64,000 bases of DNA from an uncultured Oscillospiraceae bacterium (GCA_910579175.1 CAJTTB010000004.1:89468-153467); one strand, 5' to 3'; numbered from the stretch's first letter, positions 28,794 to 39,672 are shown. Notes: a model not told the origin generated them from the letters alone. Numbers and translations are program-made.

Positions 28794-31021
28794 AATTACT
28801 CAAGCATTTAAAACAGTCTGTATGGGCGGTAATTTTAATCGTGATATTATTGGGGATTCAGGCAGTTTGTGATTTGGCATTGCCTGAGTATACTTCTAAT
28901 ATTGTAAATGTGGGGATTCAGTCTGGTGGTATTGAAGATACCATTCCAGAAGTGATTAGAAAAACACAGTTGGAGAGACTTTTGTTATTTGTACCACAAC
29001 AAGATAGACAGCAAATTTTAGATGGTTATACATTAATTGATAAAAGCAGTGCCTCTGCTGAACAATTAAAAAATTATCCTGAAGTGAGAAATCAACCAAT
29101 TTATTGTTTGAATCAGATTTCTCAAGAACAAAGACAAATTATCAGAGAAAAATTGGTACAGCCGATGATGTTGGTATCTGGATTTGAAAGTGACAGTGAG
29201 CAGGTTGAGCAGTTTGAACAGCAAATAAAGCAAACGATACCAGAACAAATGCAGTCTTTGGATATATTTGAAATTTTTCAAATGATGCCAGCAGAACAAC
29301 TCAATGAAATCATTGATCAAATCAAAGAGCAATTTTCCCAAATGCCAGAGATGATAATAGAACAGAGTGCAATTGTCTTTTTAAAAAATGAGTATACTGC
29401 TCTGGGAATGGATACTGATAAAATACAAAACAATTATATTTTATTCACAGGAATAAAAATGCTGGCGATTGCACTGGCAAGTATGGTGGCAACTGTTTGT
29501 GTGGGCTATCTTGCGGCAAAGGTAGCAGCTCGCATGGGTCGAGATATGCGCCGTCAAGTATTTGGCAAAGTGGTGTCTTTTTCCAATGCAGAACTAGATC
29601 ACTTTTCCACAGCGTCATTGATTACTAGAAGCACCAATGATATTCAACAGGTTCAGATGTTGATGGTGATGTTGTTAAGAGTGGTATTTTATGCGCCAAT
29701 TATGGGCGTTGGAGGTGTGATTAAGGTATTGGGAACCGACACTTCTATGGCTTGGATTATTGGCTTGGCTGTATTGATGATATTGGGATTGGTATCGGTG
29801 TTATTTGCAGTAGTCATGCCAAAGTTTAAATTGATTCAAAAATTACTGGATAGACTCAATTTGGTAACACGTGAAATTTTAACAGGTATCCCAGTCATTC
29901 GCGCGTTTAGTACCCAAGATTATGAGGAAAAACGTTTTGATAAAGCCAATCAGGATTTGACAAAAACCAATTTGTTTGTCAATCGTGTAATGACCTGTAT
30001 GATGCCAATGATGATGTTGATTATGAATGGCATCACGGTATTGATTGTTTGGAATGGAGCACATAGTATCAATAATGGAAATATGCAGGTCGGTGATTTA
30101 ATGGCATTTATCCAGTATACAATGCAGATTATTATGTCATTTTTGATGATTTCTATGGTATCTGTGATGTTGCCAAGAGCTTCTGTTTCTGTAACTCGTA
30201 TTGATGAAATCTTAAATACACAAGTGGCAGTCAAAGACCCCATTCACCCAGAAGCTGCCCATCAATTACAACATGGTGTATTGGAATTTAGAAATGTCTC
30301 TTTTCGCTATCCAAATGCAGAAGAAGATGTATTGAGTGATTTAAACTTTACTGCAAAACCTGGACAGACAACTGCCTTTATTGGAAGTACTGGAAGTGGG
30401 AAATCTACTTTGCTGAATTTAATACCGAGATTTTATGATGTGACCCAAGGGGAGATTTTGGTGGATGGAGTGGATATTCGAAAATTGAATCAGCATGAAT
30501 TGCGCGATAAAATTGGATATGTCCCCCAAAAAGGCGTGTTATTTTCTGGTACAATTGAAAGTAATTTAAAATATGCAGACCGTCAAATTTCTGACAAACA
30601 GATGAAATTGGCAGCACAGGTTGCCCAAGCAACTGACTTTATTGAAGCAAAAGAAGAGGGTTATCAATCCGATATTTCTCAGGGTGGTACTAATGTATCT
30701 GGAGGACAAAAACAGCGACTTTCTATTGCAAGGGCAATTGCGAAAGATCCGCAGATTTATCTGTTTGATGATAGTTTTTCCGCATTGGATTATAAAACCG
30801 ATATGACATTGCGCAAGGCTTTAAAAGAGCATACAGAAAATTCTACCGTTTTGATTGTAGCACAGCGTATTAGTACCATACTTCATGCAGAACAAATTAT
30901 CGTATTGGATGAAGGAAAGATTGTTGGAAAAGGTACTCATGAAGAATTGATGAAAACTTGTGAGGAATATCAACAGATTGCATTATCACAGCTTTCAAAG
31001 GAGGAATTGAACCATGAGTAA
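28787..31021 (+). CDS. Heterodimeric multidrug-type ABC exporter subunit A
   Basis: TM domain plus NBD (GSTGSGKST, VSGGQKQR, degenerate Walker B FDDS). Confidence 0.93.
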   Translation: MLKLLKHLKQSVWAVILIVILLGIQAVCDLALPEYTSNIVNVGIQSGGIEDTIPEVIRKTQLERLLLFVPQQDRQQILDGYTLIDKSSASAEQLKNYPEVRNQPIYCLNQISQEQRQIIREKLVQPMMLVSGFESDSEQVEQFEQQIKQTIPEQMQSLDIFEIFQMMPAEQLNEIIDQIKEQFSQMPEMIIEQSAIVFLKNEYTALGMDTDKIQNNYILFTGIKMLAIALASMVATVCVGYLAAKVAARMGRDMRRQVFGKVVSFSNAELDHFSTASLITRSTNDIQQVQMLMVMLLRVVFYAPIMGVGGVIKVLGTDTSMAWIIGLAVLMILGLVSVLFAVVMPKFKLIQKLLDRLNLVTREILTGIPVIRAFSTQDYEEKRFDKANQDLTKTNLFVNRVMTCMMPMMMLIMNGITVLIVWNGAHSINNGNMQVGDLMAFIQYTMQIIMSFLMISMVSVMLPRASVSVTRIDEILNTQVAVKDPIHPEAAHQLQHGVLEFRNVSFRYPNAEEDVLSDLNFTAKPGQTTAFIGSTGSGKSTLLNLIPRFYDVTQGEILVDGVDIRKLNQHELRDKIGYVPQKGVLFSGTIESNLKYADRQISDKQMKLAAQVAQATDFIEAKEEGYQSDISQGGTNVSGGQKQRLSIARAIAKDPQIYLFDDSFSALDYKTDMTLRKALKEHTENSTVLIVAQRISTILHAEQIIVLDEGKIVGKGTHEELMKTCEEYQQIALSQLSKEELNHE

Positions 31022-32861
31022 TCCAAAAACACAAAGACGCGGACCAATGGGGCATGGACCTGGCGCTATGGGAGCAGGTGAAAAGGCAAAAGATTTTAAA
31101 GGTACCATGAAGACATTGCTTTCCTATTTGGGAAAGTATCGATTTGCAATTATATTGGTAGTTGTATTCGCAATTGGAAGTGCCGCGTTTTCTATTATTG
31201 GTCCTAAACTTTTGGGAAATGCAACAACTGAAATTTTTGAGGGATTGATCGGGAAAATTACCGGTCAGGGAGGTATTGATTTTGGAGTTATTGGAAGTAC
31301 TTTAATTTTTCTACTGTTCCTTTATGCAGTCAGTGCGATATTCTCTTTTATTCAGGGTATTTTGATGACAAATGTCTCTCAAAAGGTTTCTTATCAGTTA
31401 AGAAAAGCACTATCTGAAAAAATTCATCGGATACCAATGAAATATTTTGATGGGAAAACGCATGGGGAGGTATTATCTCGCGTAACCAATGATATTGATA
31501 CACTCAGTCAGAGTTTAAACCAAAGTATGACACAAGTTATCACTTCTATTACAACTGTAATTGGTGTGTTGATTATGATGTTTTCGATTAGTTGGTTGAT
31601 GACCTTAGTGGCATTGTTAATTCTGCCATTGTCATTGTTTTTGGTTGCTGGTGTGGTAAAGAAATCACAAAAGTATTTTCAGGCACAACAGGAATATTTG
31701 GGTCATGTCAATGGTCAGGTAGAGGAAGTATATGGTGGGCATAGTATTGTTCGCGCCTTCAATCGAGAAGAAGAAGTTGTAAAAGAATTTAATCAATATA
31801 ATAATACACTTTATGAATCTGCTTGGAAGTCACAATTCTTATCAGGTATGATGATGCCTATTATGACGTTTATTGGAAATATTAGTTATGTTATCATATC
31901 TATTTTGGGTGGTTATTTGGCAGTCAAACAAACCATTACGGTGGGGGATATACAATCTTTTATTCAATATGTTCGGAGCTTTAACCAGCCAATCGCACAG
32001 GTGGCACAGGTGGCAAATATGCTGCAATCAACTGCTGCCGCTGCTGAACGTGTATTTGAATTTTTAAATGAAGAAGAAGAGGATCAAACGGTTGCCAACC
32101 CAGTGCATATTGATAATTTAGAAGGCAATGTCACTTTTGATCATGTGCGTTTTGGATACATTCCAGAAAAGACAATTATACACGATTTTAGTGCGAAGAT
32201 AGAACAAGGGCAGAAAATTGCCATTGTGGGACCAACTGGAGCTGGAAAAACCACAATGATAAAGTTGCTGATGAGATTTTATGATGTAACAGATGGAGCC
32301 ATTTTGATTGATGGTCATAATGTAAAAGATTTTAATCGAAGTGAATTACGTGATATGTTTGGCATGGTTTTGCAGGATACTTGGCTATTTAATGGAAGTA
32401 TTATGGAAAATATCCGCTATGGTCGTGTGGAAGCGACAGATGAAGAGGTGATTGCAGCGGCAAAATCAGCACATGCTCATCACTTTATTAAGACGCTACC
32501 TGCTGGTTATCAGATGGAACTCAATGAAGAGGCGAGTAATGTATCACAAGGGCAAAAACAACTTTTGACAATTGCGAGAGCGATTTTGGCGGATCCTAAA
32601 ATTTTAATTTTAGATGAAGCAACCAGCTCAGTGGATACTAGAACAGAAGTTCGTATTCAAAAGGCAATGGATAACCTAATGAGAGGGCGCACCAGCTTTG
32701 TCATTGCGCACCGTTTATCCACCATTCGTGACGCAGATTTGATATTGGTTATGAAGGATGGGGATATTGTAGAACAGGGAAATCATGAACAGTTGTTGGA
32801 GAAAAATGGATTTTATGCAGAACTGTATAATTCCCAGTTTGAAAGAAAAGAAACGGCTTAA
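31014..32861 (+). CDS. Heterodimeric multidrug-type ABC exporter subunit B
   Basis: GPTGAGKTT, SQGQKQL, LDEATSSVD, AHRLST. Confidence 0.93.
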   Translation: MSNPKTQRRGPMGHGPGAMGAGEKAKDFKGTMKTLLSYLGKYRFAIILVVVFAIGSAAFSIIGPKLLGNATTEIFEGLIGKITGQGGIDFGVIGSTLIFLLFLYAVSAIFSFIQGILMTNVSQKVSYQLRKALSEKIHRIPMKYFDGKTHGEVLSRVTNDIDTLSQSLNQSMTQVITSITTVIGVLIMMFSISWLMTLVALLILPLSLFLVAGVVKKSQKYFQAQQEYLGHVNGQVEEVYGGHSIVRAFNREEEVVKEFNQYNNTLYESAWKSQFLSGMMMPIMTFIGNISYVIISILGGYLAVKQTITVGDIQSFIQYVRSFNQPIAQVAQVANMLQSTAAAAERVFEFLNEEEEDQTVANPVHIDNLEGNVTFDHVRFGYIPEKTIIHDFSAKIEQGQKIAIVGPTGAGKTTMIKLLMRFYDVTDGAILIDGHNVKDFNRSELRDMFGMVLQDTWLFNGSIMENIRYGRVEATDEEVIAAAKSAHAHHFIKTLPAGYQMELNEEASNVSQGQKQLLTIARAILADPKILILDEATSSVDTRTEVRIQKAMDNLMRGRTSFVIAHRLSTIRDADLILVMKDGDIVEQGNHEQLLEKNGFYAELYNSQFERKETA

Positions 32862-32897
32862 ATAAATTCTGATAGATAAATTCATTTCTATCAAAGG

Positions 32898-32981
32898 CAA
32901 TGCGACTATCTAAAAGATAGTCGCATTGTTTTTGATATGGATGGCAAATAAAAAGACGGTTCTATACAGAACCGTCTTTTT
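32898..32981. terminator. Two terminator hairpins between ABC exporter and gap
   Basis: CAATGCGACTATC..GATAGTCGCATTG and AAAAAGACGGTTCT..AGAACCGTCTTTTT. Confidence 0.8.
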
Positions 32982-32992
32982 CATAAAAGATA

Positions 32993-34009
32993 TTAAGCTA
33001 ATTCAGCAAAATATTTAATGGTTCTAACCATCTGGCTAGTATAAGAGTTTTCATTGTCGTACCAAGATACAACTTGAACTTCATATAAATCATCAGAAAT
33101 TTTAGAAACCATTGTTTGTGTTGCATCGAATAAAGAACCATAAGTGATGCCAATAACATCTGAAGAAACGATTTCTTCTTCATTGTAACCGAAAGATGCA
33201 GAAGCAGCAGCTTTCATAGCAGCGTTGATGCCTTCAACAGTCACATCGGTGCCTTTTACTACAGCAACCAATAAGGTAGTAGAACCAGTTGGAACTGGAA
33301 CACGTTGAGCAGAACCGATTAATTTACCAGATAATTCTGGAATAACCAATCCGATTGCTTTTGCTGCGCCAGTAGAGTTAGGAACGATATTAACAGCACC
33401 AGCACGAGCTCTTCTTAAATCACCTTTTCTGTGTGGACCATCAAGAATCATTTGGTCACCAGTGTAAGCGTGAATGGTAGACATAATACCAGATTGAATT
33501 GGAGCATAGTCATTTAATGCTTTTGCCATAGGAGCTAAGCAGTTTGTTGTACAAGAAGCAGCAGAAATGATAGTATCTTCTTTTGTTAAGATATTTTCGT
33601 TTACGCTGAATACAACAGTTGGTAAATCGTTACCTGCTGGAGCAGAGATAACAACTTTTTTAGCGCCTGCAGTAATGTGAGCGGATGCTTTATCTTTTGA
33701 ACAGTAGAAACCAGTACATTCTAAAACAACGTCAACACCGATTTCTCCCCAAGGTAGGTCGGCTGCATTCTTTTCAGAATAGATTTTAATTTCTTTACCG
33801 TCGACAACAATAGCACCATCTTTTACCTGTACTTTATCAGCAAGTGCATATCTGCCCTGTGCGGAATCGTATTTTAATAAATGAGCGAGCATTTTAGGAT
33901 CTGTTAAGTCATTGATTGCAACAACTTCATATCCTTCTGCACCAAACATTTGTCTGAAAGCCAGACGACCAATACGACCGAAACCGTTAATAGCTACTTT
34001 AACTGCCAT
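32993..34009 (-). CDS. gap: Glyceraldehyde-3-phosphate dehydrogenase
   Basis: [24 protein letters not shown]. Confidence 0.99.
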   Translation of the reverse strand: MAVKVAINGFGRIGRLAFRQMFGAEGYEVVAINDLTDPKMLAHLLKYDSAQGRYALADKVQVKDGAIVVDGKEIKIYSEKNAADLPWGEIGVDVVLECTGFYCSKDKASAHITAGAKKVVISAPAGNDLPTVVFSVNENILTKEDTIISAASCTTNCLAPMAKALNDYAPIQSGIMSTIHAYTGDQMILDGPHRKGDLRRARAGAVNIVPNSTGAAKAIGLVIPELSGKLIGSAQRVPVPTGSTTLLVAVVKGTDVTVEGINAAMKAAASASFGYNEEEIVSSDVIGITYGSLFDATQTMVSKISDDLYEVQVVSWYDNENSYTSQMVRTIKYFAELA

Positions 34010-34310
34010 AATTTAAAACCTCCAAATAATTTTTACAATTCTATTTTATACCAATTGTCAAAAAAATACAAGGGTTTGTTTTGAATTTAATGAAAAATTT
34101 TAAATTTATTTTACTAAACCAGTAAATACAGATAGAAAAAGTAGGAAAGTGGGGGAGATAGATCACCAAGCCTTTAGAACAGTCTGTCAAAATATGTCGA
34201 GAAAAGTCGATATTTTCATTGTAATTTATAAAATTGTAAATATTTTCTTTACATTTTTTATAGAAATACATATAATAATAAAAAATATAAAAGAATGTGG
34301 AGGGAGTAAG

Positions 34311-35447
34311 ATGAAATCGATTGAAATAATTATCGATATGTTTAAAAGTCTAGATATTTTCGCTTTTATTTGTGATGCAAATAAAAATATAATCTGGAAA
34401 AATCAATATGCTAAGGATTCACAATTAGATTTAGTTATTGGCAGTCATATCAGTGATTTTTTAAAAGGTAATGAGGCAGCTTTAAAGTTATGTGACAATG
34501 CCCTCACAGCACAGAATACGCAACGGGTGGAAGTAACTTTATATGGTGGGTTCTTTATACTTTATACACGAGCAGTGGCACTGGAAAATGGTGAAAATTT
34601 TTCATGGTGGTGTCTTCAAAAAAAGGAAAAGATGTTTTCTGAGATTTATCAGGATCATCAAGACGCCGGAATTTTAGGAATGAATTACCGAGAATCAATT
34701 TTTCAAATTTATAATGCTTTGCCACCCATTGCACATAAAATGCAACAATATGATCTCTATCAGGAAATAGAATATCTAAATATTGTTGCACAGGCAACAC
34801 AGAGTATTTTAAAAAGTACCATCAATATCAATGAATATTTTAAATTCAACAGTGGGGAAAATCCCATGAAACCTCGTTATCTTTTTTTAAAAAAATTACT
34901 TCATGATTTGGTTTATCAGATCAGTTTAATTATACCCAATGATGAACATCGAATTGTATTTGACGAAACCTGTTCGGATGTTATGGTGTATTTCGATGAG
35001 GAAAAACTGATTTTGGCACTGTTAAATGTGCTGATCAATGCAATTCAGTTTTCGGTTGCCAATACAGAAATCACCATTACACTTTCTAAAAGCCATGAAA
35101 AGGCAGTGATTTTAGTAAAGGATATTGGCGATGGCATTTCGCCAGAGCGTTTAAAACAGGTGACAGAAGCATTTTATTCTTATAATCCAGCGACAAAAAC
35201 CAGATGTGGAGATGGGCTTGGCTTATATGTTGCGCAAAAGATTATACAGGCGCATAAGGGTTCTATTATGATCACAAGTGTGGAAAATGAGGGAACGACT
35301 GTATCCATTCAAATTCCGCAAGCAGTGCCTTCGTTAGAAAAACAAACTATCTTGCGATCTAGCGTTATGACAAATTTAATCAATAATCGAATGTCTATGT
35401 TATATGCGTTTTTAGGTCCTTGTTGTCAAATAAATATGTTTGATTGA
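34311..35447 (+). CDS. Orphan cytoplasmic histidine-kinase-like protein (HATPase_c), H-box degenerate
   Basis: N box NVLINAIQFS, G1 DIGDGI, F box, G2 GDGLGL; no TM; GGGAG SD before 34311. Confidence 0.85.
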   Translation: MKSIEIIIDMFKSLDIFAFICDANKNIIWKNQYAKDSQLDLVIGSHISDFLKGNEAALKLCDNALTAQNTQRVEVTLYGGFFILYTRAVALENGENFSWWCLQKKEKMFSEIYQDHQDAGILGMNYRESIFQIYNALPPIAHKMQQYDLYQEIEYLNIVAQATQSILKSTININEYFKFNSGENPMKPRYLFLKKLLHDLVYQISLIIPNDEHRIVFDETCSDVMVYFDEEKLILALLNVLINAIQFSVANTEITITLSKSHEKAVILVKDIGDGISPERLKQVTEAFYSYNPATKTRCGDGLGLYVAQKIIQAHKGSIMITSVENEGTTVSIQIPQAVPSLEKQTILRSSVMTNLINNRMSMLYAFLGPCCQINMFD

Positions 35448-35454
35448 GATGAAA

Positions 35455-35489
35455 AAACAGTTCCAGGAATTTACCGGAACTGCTTTTTT
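35455..35489. terminator. Terminator between HK and Imm22-like gene
   Basis: CAGTTCC...GGAACTG followed by T-tract. Confidence 0.65.
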
Positions 35490-35517
35490 GATTGATCAAT
35501 TGGTATCATGATAGAAT

Positions 35518-35943
35518 TTAGTTGTTATTGGCATAGAGTTGGTCTTCCTGATAGGGAACAGAAGCTAAAAAAGTCACTGGAGCATTTGGACTACAAGTAC
35601 TTGAGTCCAAATCATACTGATAGTTGTAGACTAAAATGACCGCATTATAGGCTTTTGCCAGACCGTTTGGAAAACATTTTTTGAGTGATGGACCGATGAT
35701 TTCTCCTTTTGAAAATGGCAAAACCAACGTTTCTGGATCCGCTGTAAAGTCAACCAAGTCCCGCTCCCAAAAGTCAGGGTCGAACGGCCAAACTGTATCG
35801 CCCCCAAAAAAGTCATGGTTAAAGGGAGAAATTATCATGTTTTCTTCGTCATCATAACCTTCTTCGGAAGCATATGCCATCAGATCTTCATCGGTTTCAA
35901 ATACGCCTGCCCACACAGATACAATTCCCTCTTGTTCCGTCAA
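35518..35943 (-). CDS. Immunity protein, Imm22-like
   Basis: VSVWAGVFET...YDDE...SPF..DF...DPDFWE...YNAVILVYNYQY pattern recalled for Imm22; acidic; GGAGGTG SD. Confidence 0.65.
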   Translation of the reverse strand: MTEQEGIVSVWAGVFETDEDLMAYASEEGYDDEENMIISPFNHDFFGGDTVWPFDPDFWERDLVDFTADPETLVLPFSKGEIIGPSLKKCFPNGLAKAYNAVILVYNYQYDLDSSTCSPNAPVTFLASVPYQEDQLYANNN

Positions 35944-35987
35944 TTAGCACCTCCTGTTTGTATGTTAGATTTCGATTTATCGCACCC

Positions 35988-36016
35988 ATTTTATCACGAT
36001 CCATTTGAAACGTCAA
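35988..36016 (-). promoter_or_regulatory. sigmaA promoter of Imm22-like gene, bracketed by inverted repeats
   Basis: TTGACG-17-TAAAAT with TGn; IR CTGTTTGTAT (35954-35963) / ATACAAACAG (36055-36064). Confidence 0.65.
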
Positions 36017-36134
36017 TGTACAATTGGAAAAATCGACAAAGCCTGATATCAGCAATACAAACAGTAAAGGGGGGTCACTCTATTAATTTCACAGAGTCTA
36101 TTGTGTATGTTTTTGGAATTGGTATACTATGTTT

Positions 36135-36689
36135 TTATAAAATGAGCTCAAATAATATTTTTAAAGCAATTGCCAGTATCAGAATTCCTCCAAAGATGCC
36201 AGCGTTTTTTTGAAAAAGTGCACCTATTTTTTTCCCAAATAGAAAAGCAATAAAGGACAATAAAAAGGTAATTGCCGCAATCACAAAAGAAGCGTAATAG
36301 ACATTGACATTTAAGACTGTAAAGCTCACTCCAACTGCCATAGCATCAATGCTAGTGGCAATGGCTTGCACAAGCAATAACCGAAAAGTCATGGCATGGT
36401 GTACTTCATCAGATTGACTGTGAAATCCATCATAGACCATTTTGGTTCCCAGTATAAAAAATACCAAGAATACAACGATATTGCTGTATTTGGAAAGGAT
36501 GTTTAAAAAGAGCGAACCTGCTAAAAATCCAATAATGGGCATGATTCCTTGAAAGATTCCAAAGGCACAAGCACCAGATAGGGCATGTTTTAATTTTGAC
36601 TGTTTCATGCAGATTCCATTTGAAATGGAAACACATACTGCATCCATCGATAAGCCAATCCCAATTAAGATAATATCCAATAAATTCAT
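36135..36689 (-). CDS. mntP: Manganese efflux pump
   Basis: GLSMDA, FQGIMP, AIATSIDAMAVG; 6 TMs. Confidence 0.93.
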   Translation of the reverse strand: MNLLDIILIGIGLSMDAVCVSISNGICMKQSKLKHALSGACAFGIFQGIMPIIGFLAGSLFLNILSKYSNIVVFLVFFILGTKMVYDGFHSQSDEVHHAMTFRLLLVQAIATSIDAMAVGVSFTVLNVNVYYASFVIAAITFLLSFIAFLFGKKIGALFQKNAGIFGGILILAIALKILFELIL

Positions 36690-36753
36690 AGTTTTCTCCG
36701 TCTGATGATCATCTATATTTGTGAAATTCTATGAAAGGATATCCAAAAATATG

Positions 36754-37887
36754 CTAAATTCTACTATCTAATAGGGGGACATACTGTTGTCGGAAGGCAT
36801 CAAATGTGTTTTCATCAAGTGCCGTGCGAATTTTTTCTAGTAAGGTATTATAAAAATATAAATTGTGCATGACAGCGAGTCGCATTGCCAACATTTCATT
36901 GGATTTAAACAAATGACGCAAGTAAGCTCTGGAATGTCTTTGACAGGTGGGGCAGCCGCATTGCTCATCAATGGGAGATAAATCTTCTGCATATTTGGCG
37001 TTCATAATATTGCGAATGCCACTCCAGGTATTTAGATGTCCGTGGCGGGCATTTCTGCTTGGCATAACACAATCAAATAGGTCAATGCCTCTATATACGG
37101 CTTCAATGATATTGCAGGGTGTACCCACTCCCATCAGATAACGAGGTTTGTCAACTGGCATATGGGGCTCCACTACAGAGATGATGCGATACATATCTTC
37201 TTTGGGCTCTCCAACGGCGAGACCTCCAATTGCATAACCATCACAGTCCAGTGTTGCAATTTCTTTCATATGTGCAATTCTCAAATCGTCAAAGACGCAC
37301 CCTTGGTTGATACCAAATAACAACTGTTGTTGATTTAAGGTATCTGGAAGTTTTTTAAGTCGTTCCATCTCCGCTTTGCAACGGGCGAGCCAGCGGGTGG
37401 TACGGGCGCAAGAATTGCTGGCATATTCTAAAGTAGAGGGATTTTCAACACATTCATCGAATGCCATGGCGATGGTAGAACCCAGATTGGATTGAATTTG
37501 CATACTTTCTTCTGGTCCCATAAAGATTTTGCGACCATCTACATGAGAGCGAAAATAAACCCCTTCTTCTCGAATGGTGCGCAACTGAGCCAAAGAAAAC
37601 ACCTGAAAGCCTCCGCTATCGGTTAAGATTGGCTTATCCCAGCCCATAAATCGATGAAGCCCTCCAAGACGCTTGATAAGTTGGTCACCTGGACGAATAT
37701 GTAAATGATAGGTATTGCAAAGTTCTACTTGACAGTGCAAGTCCTCTTTTAAATCATAAGAAGAAATTCCACCTTTGATGGCAGCAGAGGTTCCCACATT
37801 CATAAATGCGGGGGTCTGAATGGTTCCATGTACAGTGACAAATGTGCCGCGTCGTGCAGCTCCTTGTTTTTTAAGCAGTTGGTACAT
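36754..37887 (-). CDS. tgt: tRNA-guanine transglycosylase
   Basis: NTYHL, TDSGGFQVFSL, FDCVMPSRNARHG, CGCPTC zinc site. Confidence 0.98.
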   Translation of the reverse strand: MYQLLKKQGAARRGTFVTVHGTIQTPAFMNVGTSAAIKGGISSYDLKEDLHCQVELCNTYHLHIRPGDQLIKRLGGLHRFMGWDKPILTDSGGFQVFSLAQLRTIREEGVYFRSHVDGRKIFMGPEESMQIQSNLGSTIAMAFDECVENPSTLEYASNSCARTTRWLARCKAEMERLKKLPDTLNQQQLLFGINQGCVFDDLRIAHMKEIATLDCDGYAIGGLAVGEPKEDMYRIISVVEPHMPVDKPRYLMGVGTPCNIIEAVYRGIDLFDCVMPSRNARHGHLNTWSGIRNIMNAKYAEDLSPIDEQCGCPTCQRHSRAYLRHLFKSNEMLAMRLAVMHNLYFYNTLLEKIRTALDENTFDAFRQQYVPLLDSRI

Positions 37888-38485
37888 AAAAGTTCTCCTG
37901 TCTTTTTTCTTTTTTCATATAAATTTTGCTGTTAAATCCCATTTTTTCTGGGAACTTTTCAAAAATGCGTTGATATTCTTGATAGCCGAGTTTTTGATAA
38001 AGTTGATAGGCTTTTTGATTGGTATCAACCACCTCTAATAGGTAGCGCTGATAGGGAAGTTGTTCAAAGATATAGTTTAACAATGTGCTGGCAACGCCTT
38101 GATTTCGATAATCAAGCGCAGTTGCCACATTTTCAATATAAACGGACTGGCTGTCATATAACAGTGGTTGGTTGAATTCGCGATGGAGTGCAAGATAGAT
38201 AAGCAACCCCCGAAGTCTTCCAAATGACTGCATCATATCTGCTCTATCAATTTTCATACAACGAGTTTGATTGGTAGAACAGCACAACATTCCCACAACA
38301 GTTTGTTGATATAAAGCAAGATAGCAGGTTTCGGGGACAAAGATATGTTGCAGCCCTTGAATCAGTTTCAAGCGATTTTGCCCAAATAGAGAGAGATGTT
38401 GATAAAATCCATCCACAAAGACGGTTGCAACCTGTATTTGGATGGAATTATCGCATTGAGACATGCGTTTGATTTGCCATTTCAA
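37871..38485 (-). CDS. GNAT family acetyltransferase
   Basis: IENVAT...YRNQGVAS...N.KAYQLYQKLGY. Confidence 0.88.
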   Translation of the reverse strand: MKWQIKRMSQCDNSIQIQVATVFVDGFYQHLSLFGQNRLKLIQGLQHIFVPETCYLALYQQTVVGMLCCSTNQTRCMKIDRADMMQSFGRLRGLLIYLALHREFNQPLLYDSQSVYIENVATALDYRNQGVASTLLNYIFEQLPYQRYLLEVVDTNQKAYQLYQKLGYQEYQRIFEKFPEKMGFNSKIYMKKEKRQENFYVPTA

Positions 38486-38505
38486 TCAAATCACCTCCAA
38501 TGATA

Positions 38506-39534
38506 TTAGGGAAGGATTGCCATAGCATCTCCAAAGCTAAAAAAGCGATATTGTTGTTCGACTGCATGGCGATAGGCGTTCATGGTATGTTCATAACCTG
38601 CAAATGCACTGACCAACATGATTAAGGTGCTTTCTGGCAGATGAAAATTGGTGATAAGCCCATCCAATACTTGAAACTGGTATCCTGGATAGATAAAGAT
38701 ATCTGTGTATCCCTCACATGCTTGCATATGGTCTGATAAAGTTGCTGCGCTTTCTAAAGTGCGACAAGAGGTGGTGCCAACGCCAATCACCCTGCCGCCG
38801 ACTGATTTGGTTTTTTGAATTAATTCGGCGGTTGTTTTTGGCAAGCAAAAATGTTCAGAATGCATTTTGTGATCGGTAATTTGTTCTGCCTTTACTGGAC
38901 GGAAGGTTCCCAAACCAACGTGTAACGTAACTTCAGCAATCTGTATTCCCTTTTGTTTGATTCGCTCCATTAATTCTGGTGTAAAATGAAGCCCAGCAGT
39001 GGGGGCGGCAGCGGATCCGATTTCTTTTGAGTAAACGGTCTGATAGCGTTCTTTATCCTGCAATTTTTGTGTGATATAAGGCGGCAATGGCATTTGCCCT
39101 ATCTGGTCCAAGGTGGTGAAGAAATCCTGTTTACAGGTGAACTGAATTAAGCGATTACCACCTTCTAAAACTTCTAAGATTTCACCTAATAACAGACCAT
39201 TTCCAAAGCAGAATTTGGCACCTGGCTTTGCTTTTTTTCCCGGTTTTACCAGTGTTTCCCAAATCATGTGCTCTTTTTGCTCCAGTAATAACAGTTCCAT
39301 ATGAGAACCAGTTTCCAACTTGGTTCCATAAAGCCTTGCTGGAAGTACGCGGGAATTATTTACAATCAACAAATCCCCCGGTTTAAGATAATCGATAATA
39401 TCAAAAAAGTGCTTGTCCTCAAGCGCGCCTGTTTGTCGATTGAGATAGAGCATACGGGAGTGATCTCTGGGCTCGGTTGGCGTCTGTGCAATGAGTTCTG
39501 AAGGCAAATCGTAATAAAAATCACTGGTTTTCAT
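38506..39534 (-). CDS. queA: SAM:tRNA ribosyltransferase-isomerase
   Basis: [40 protein letters not shown]. Confidence 0.98.
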   Translation of the reverse strand: MKTSDFYYDLPSELIAQTPTEPRDHSRMLYLNRQTGALEDKHFFDIIDYLKPGDLLIVNNSRVLPARLYGTKLETGSHMELLLLEQKEHMIWETLVKPGKKAKPGAKFCFGNGLLLGEILEVLEGGNRLIQFTCKQDFFTTLDQIGQMPLPPYITQKLQDKERYQTVYSKEIGSAAAPTAGLHFTPELMERIKQKGIQIAEVTLHVGLGTFRPVKAEQITDHKMHSEHFCLPKTTAELIQKTKSVGGRVIGVGTTSCRTLESAATLSDHMQACEGYTDIFIYPGYQFQVLDGLITNFHLPESTLIMLVSAFAGYEHTMNAYRHAVEQQYRFFSFGDAMAILP

Positions 39535-39628
39535 CTTATCAAATCCTTTTTAAACGTATTAAAGATCATATTTTAAAAACAGAACTCATACATATCAACT
39601 GTCAATGTGAATTTATAACGGAAAGTAA

Positions 39629-39657
39629 TTGACAGGAGAATGGTTCCGTATTATAAT
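39629..39657 (+). promoter_or_regulatory. Consensus sigmaA promoter of asd-dap operon
   Basis: TTGACA-17-TATAAT. Confidence 0.9.
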
Positions 39658-39672
39658 AGTTGTGAATATGAT

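Noticed and set aside
35815..36213. 132-aa plus-strand ORF and the many other antisense/nested ORFs in the track
   Set aside because: Overlap well-supported genes, lack SDs and recognisable motifs.
36690..36753. yybP-ykoY Mn riboswitch upstream of mntP
   Set aside because: Spacer is only about 64 nt and lacks the motif.
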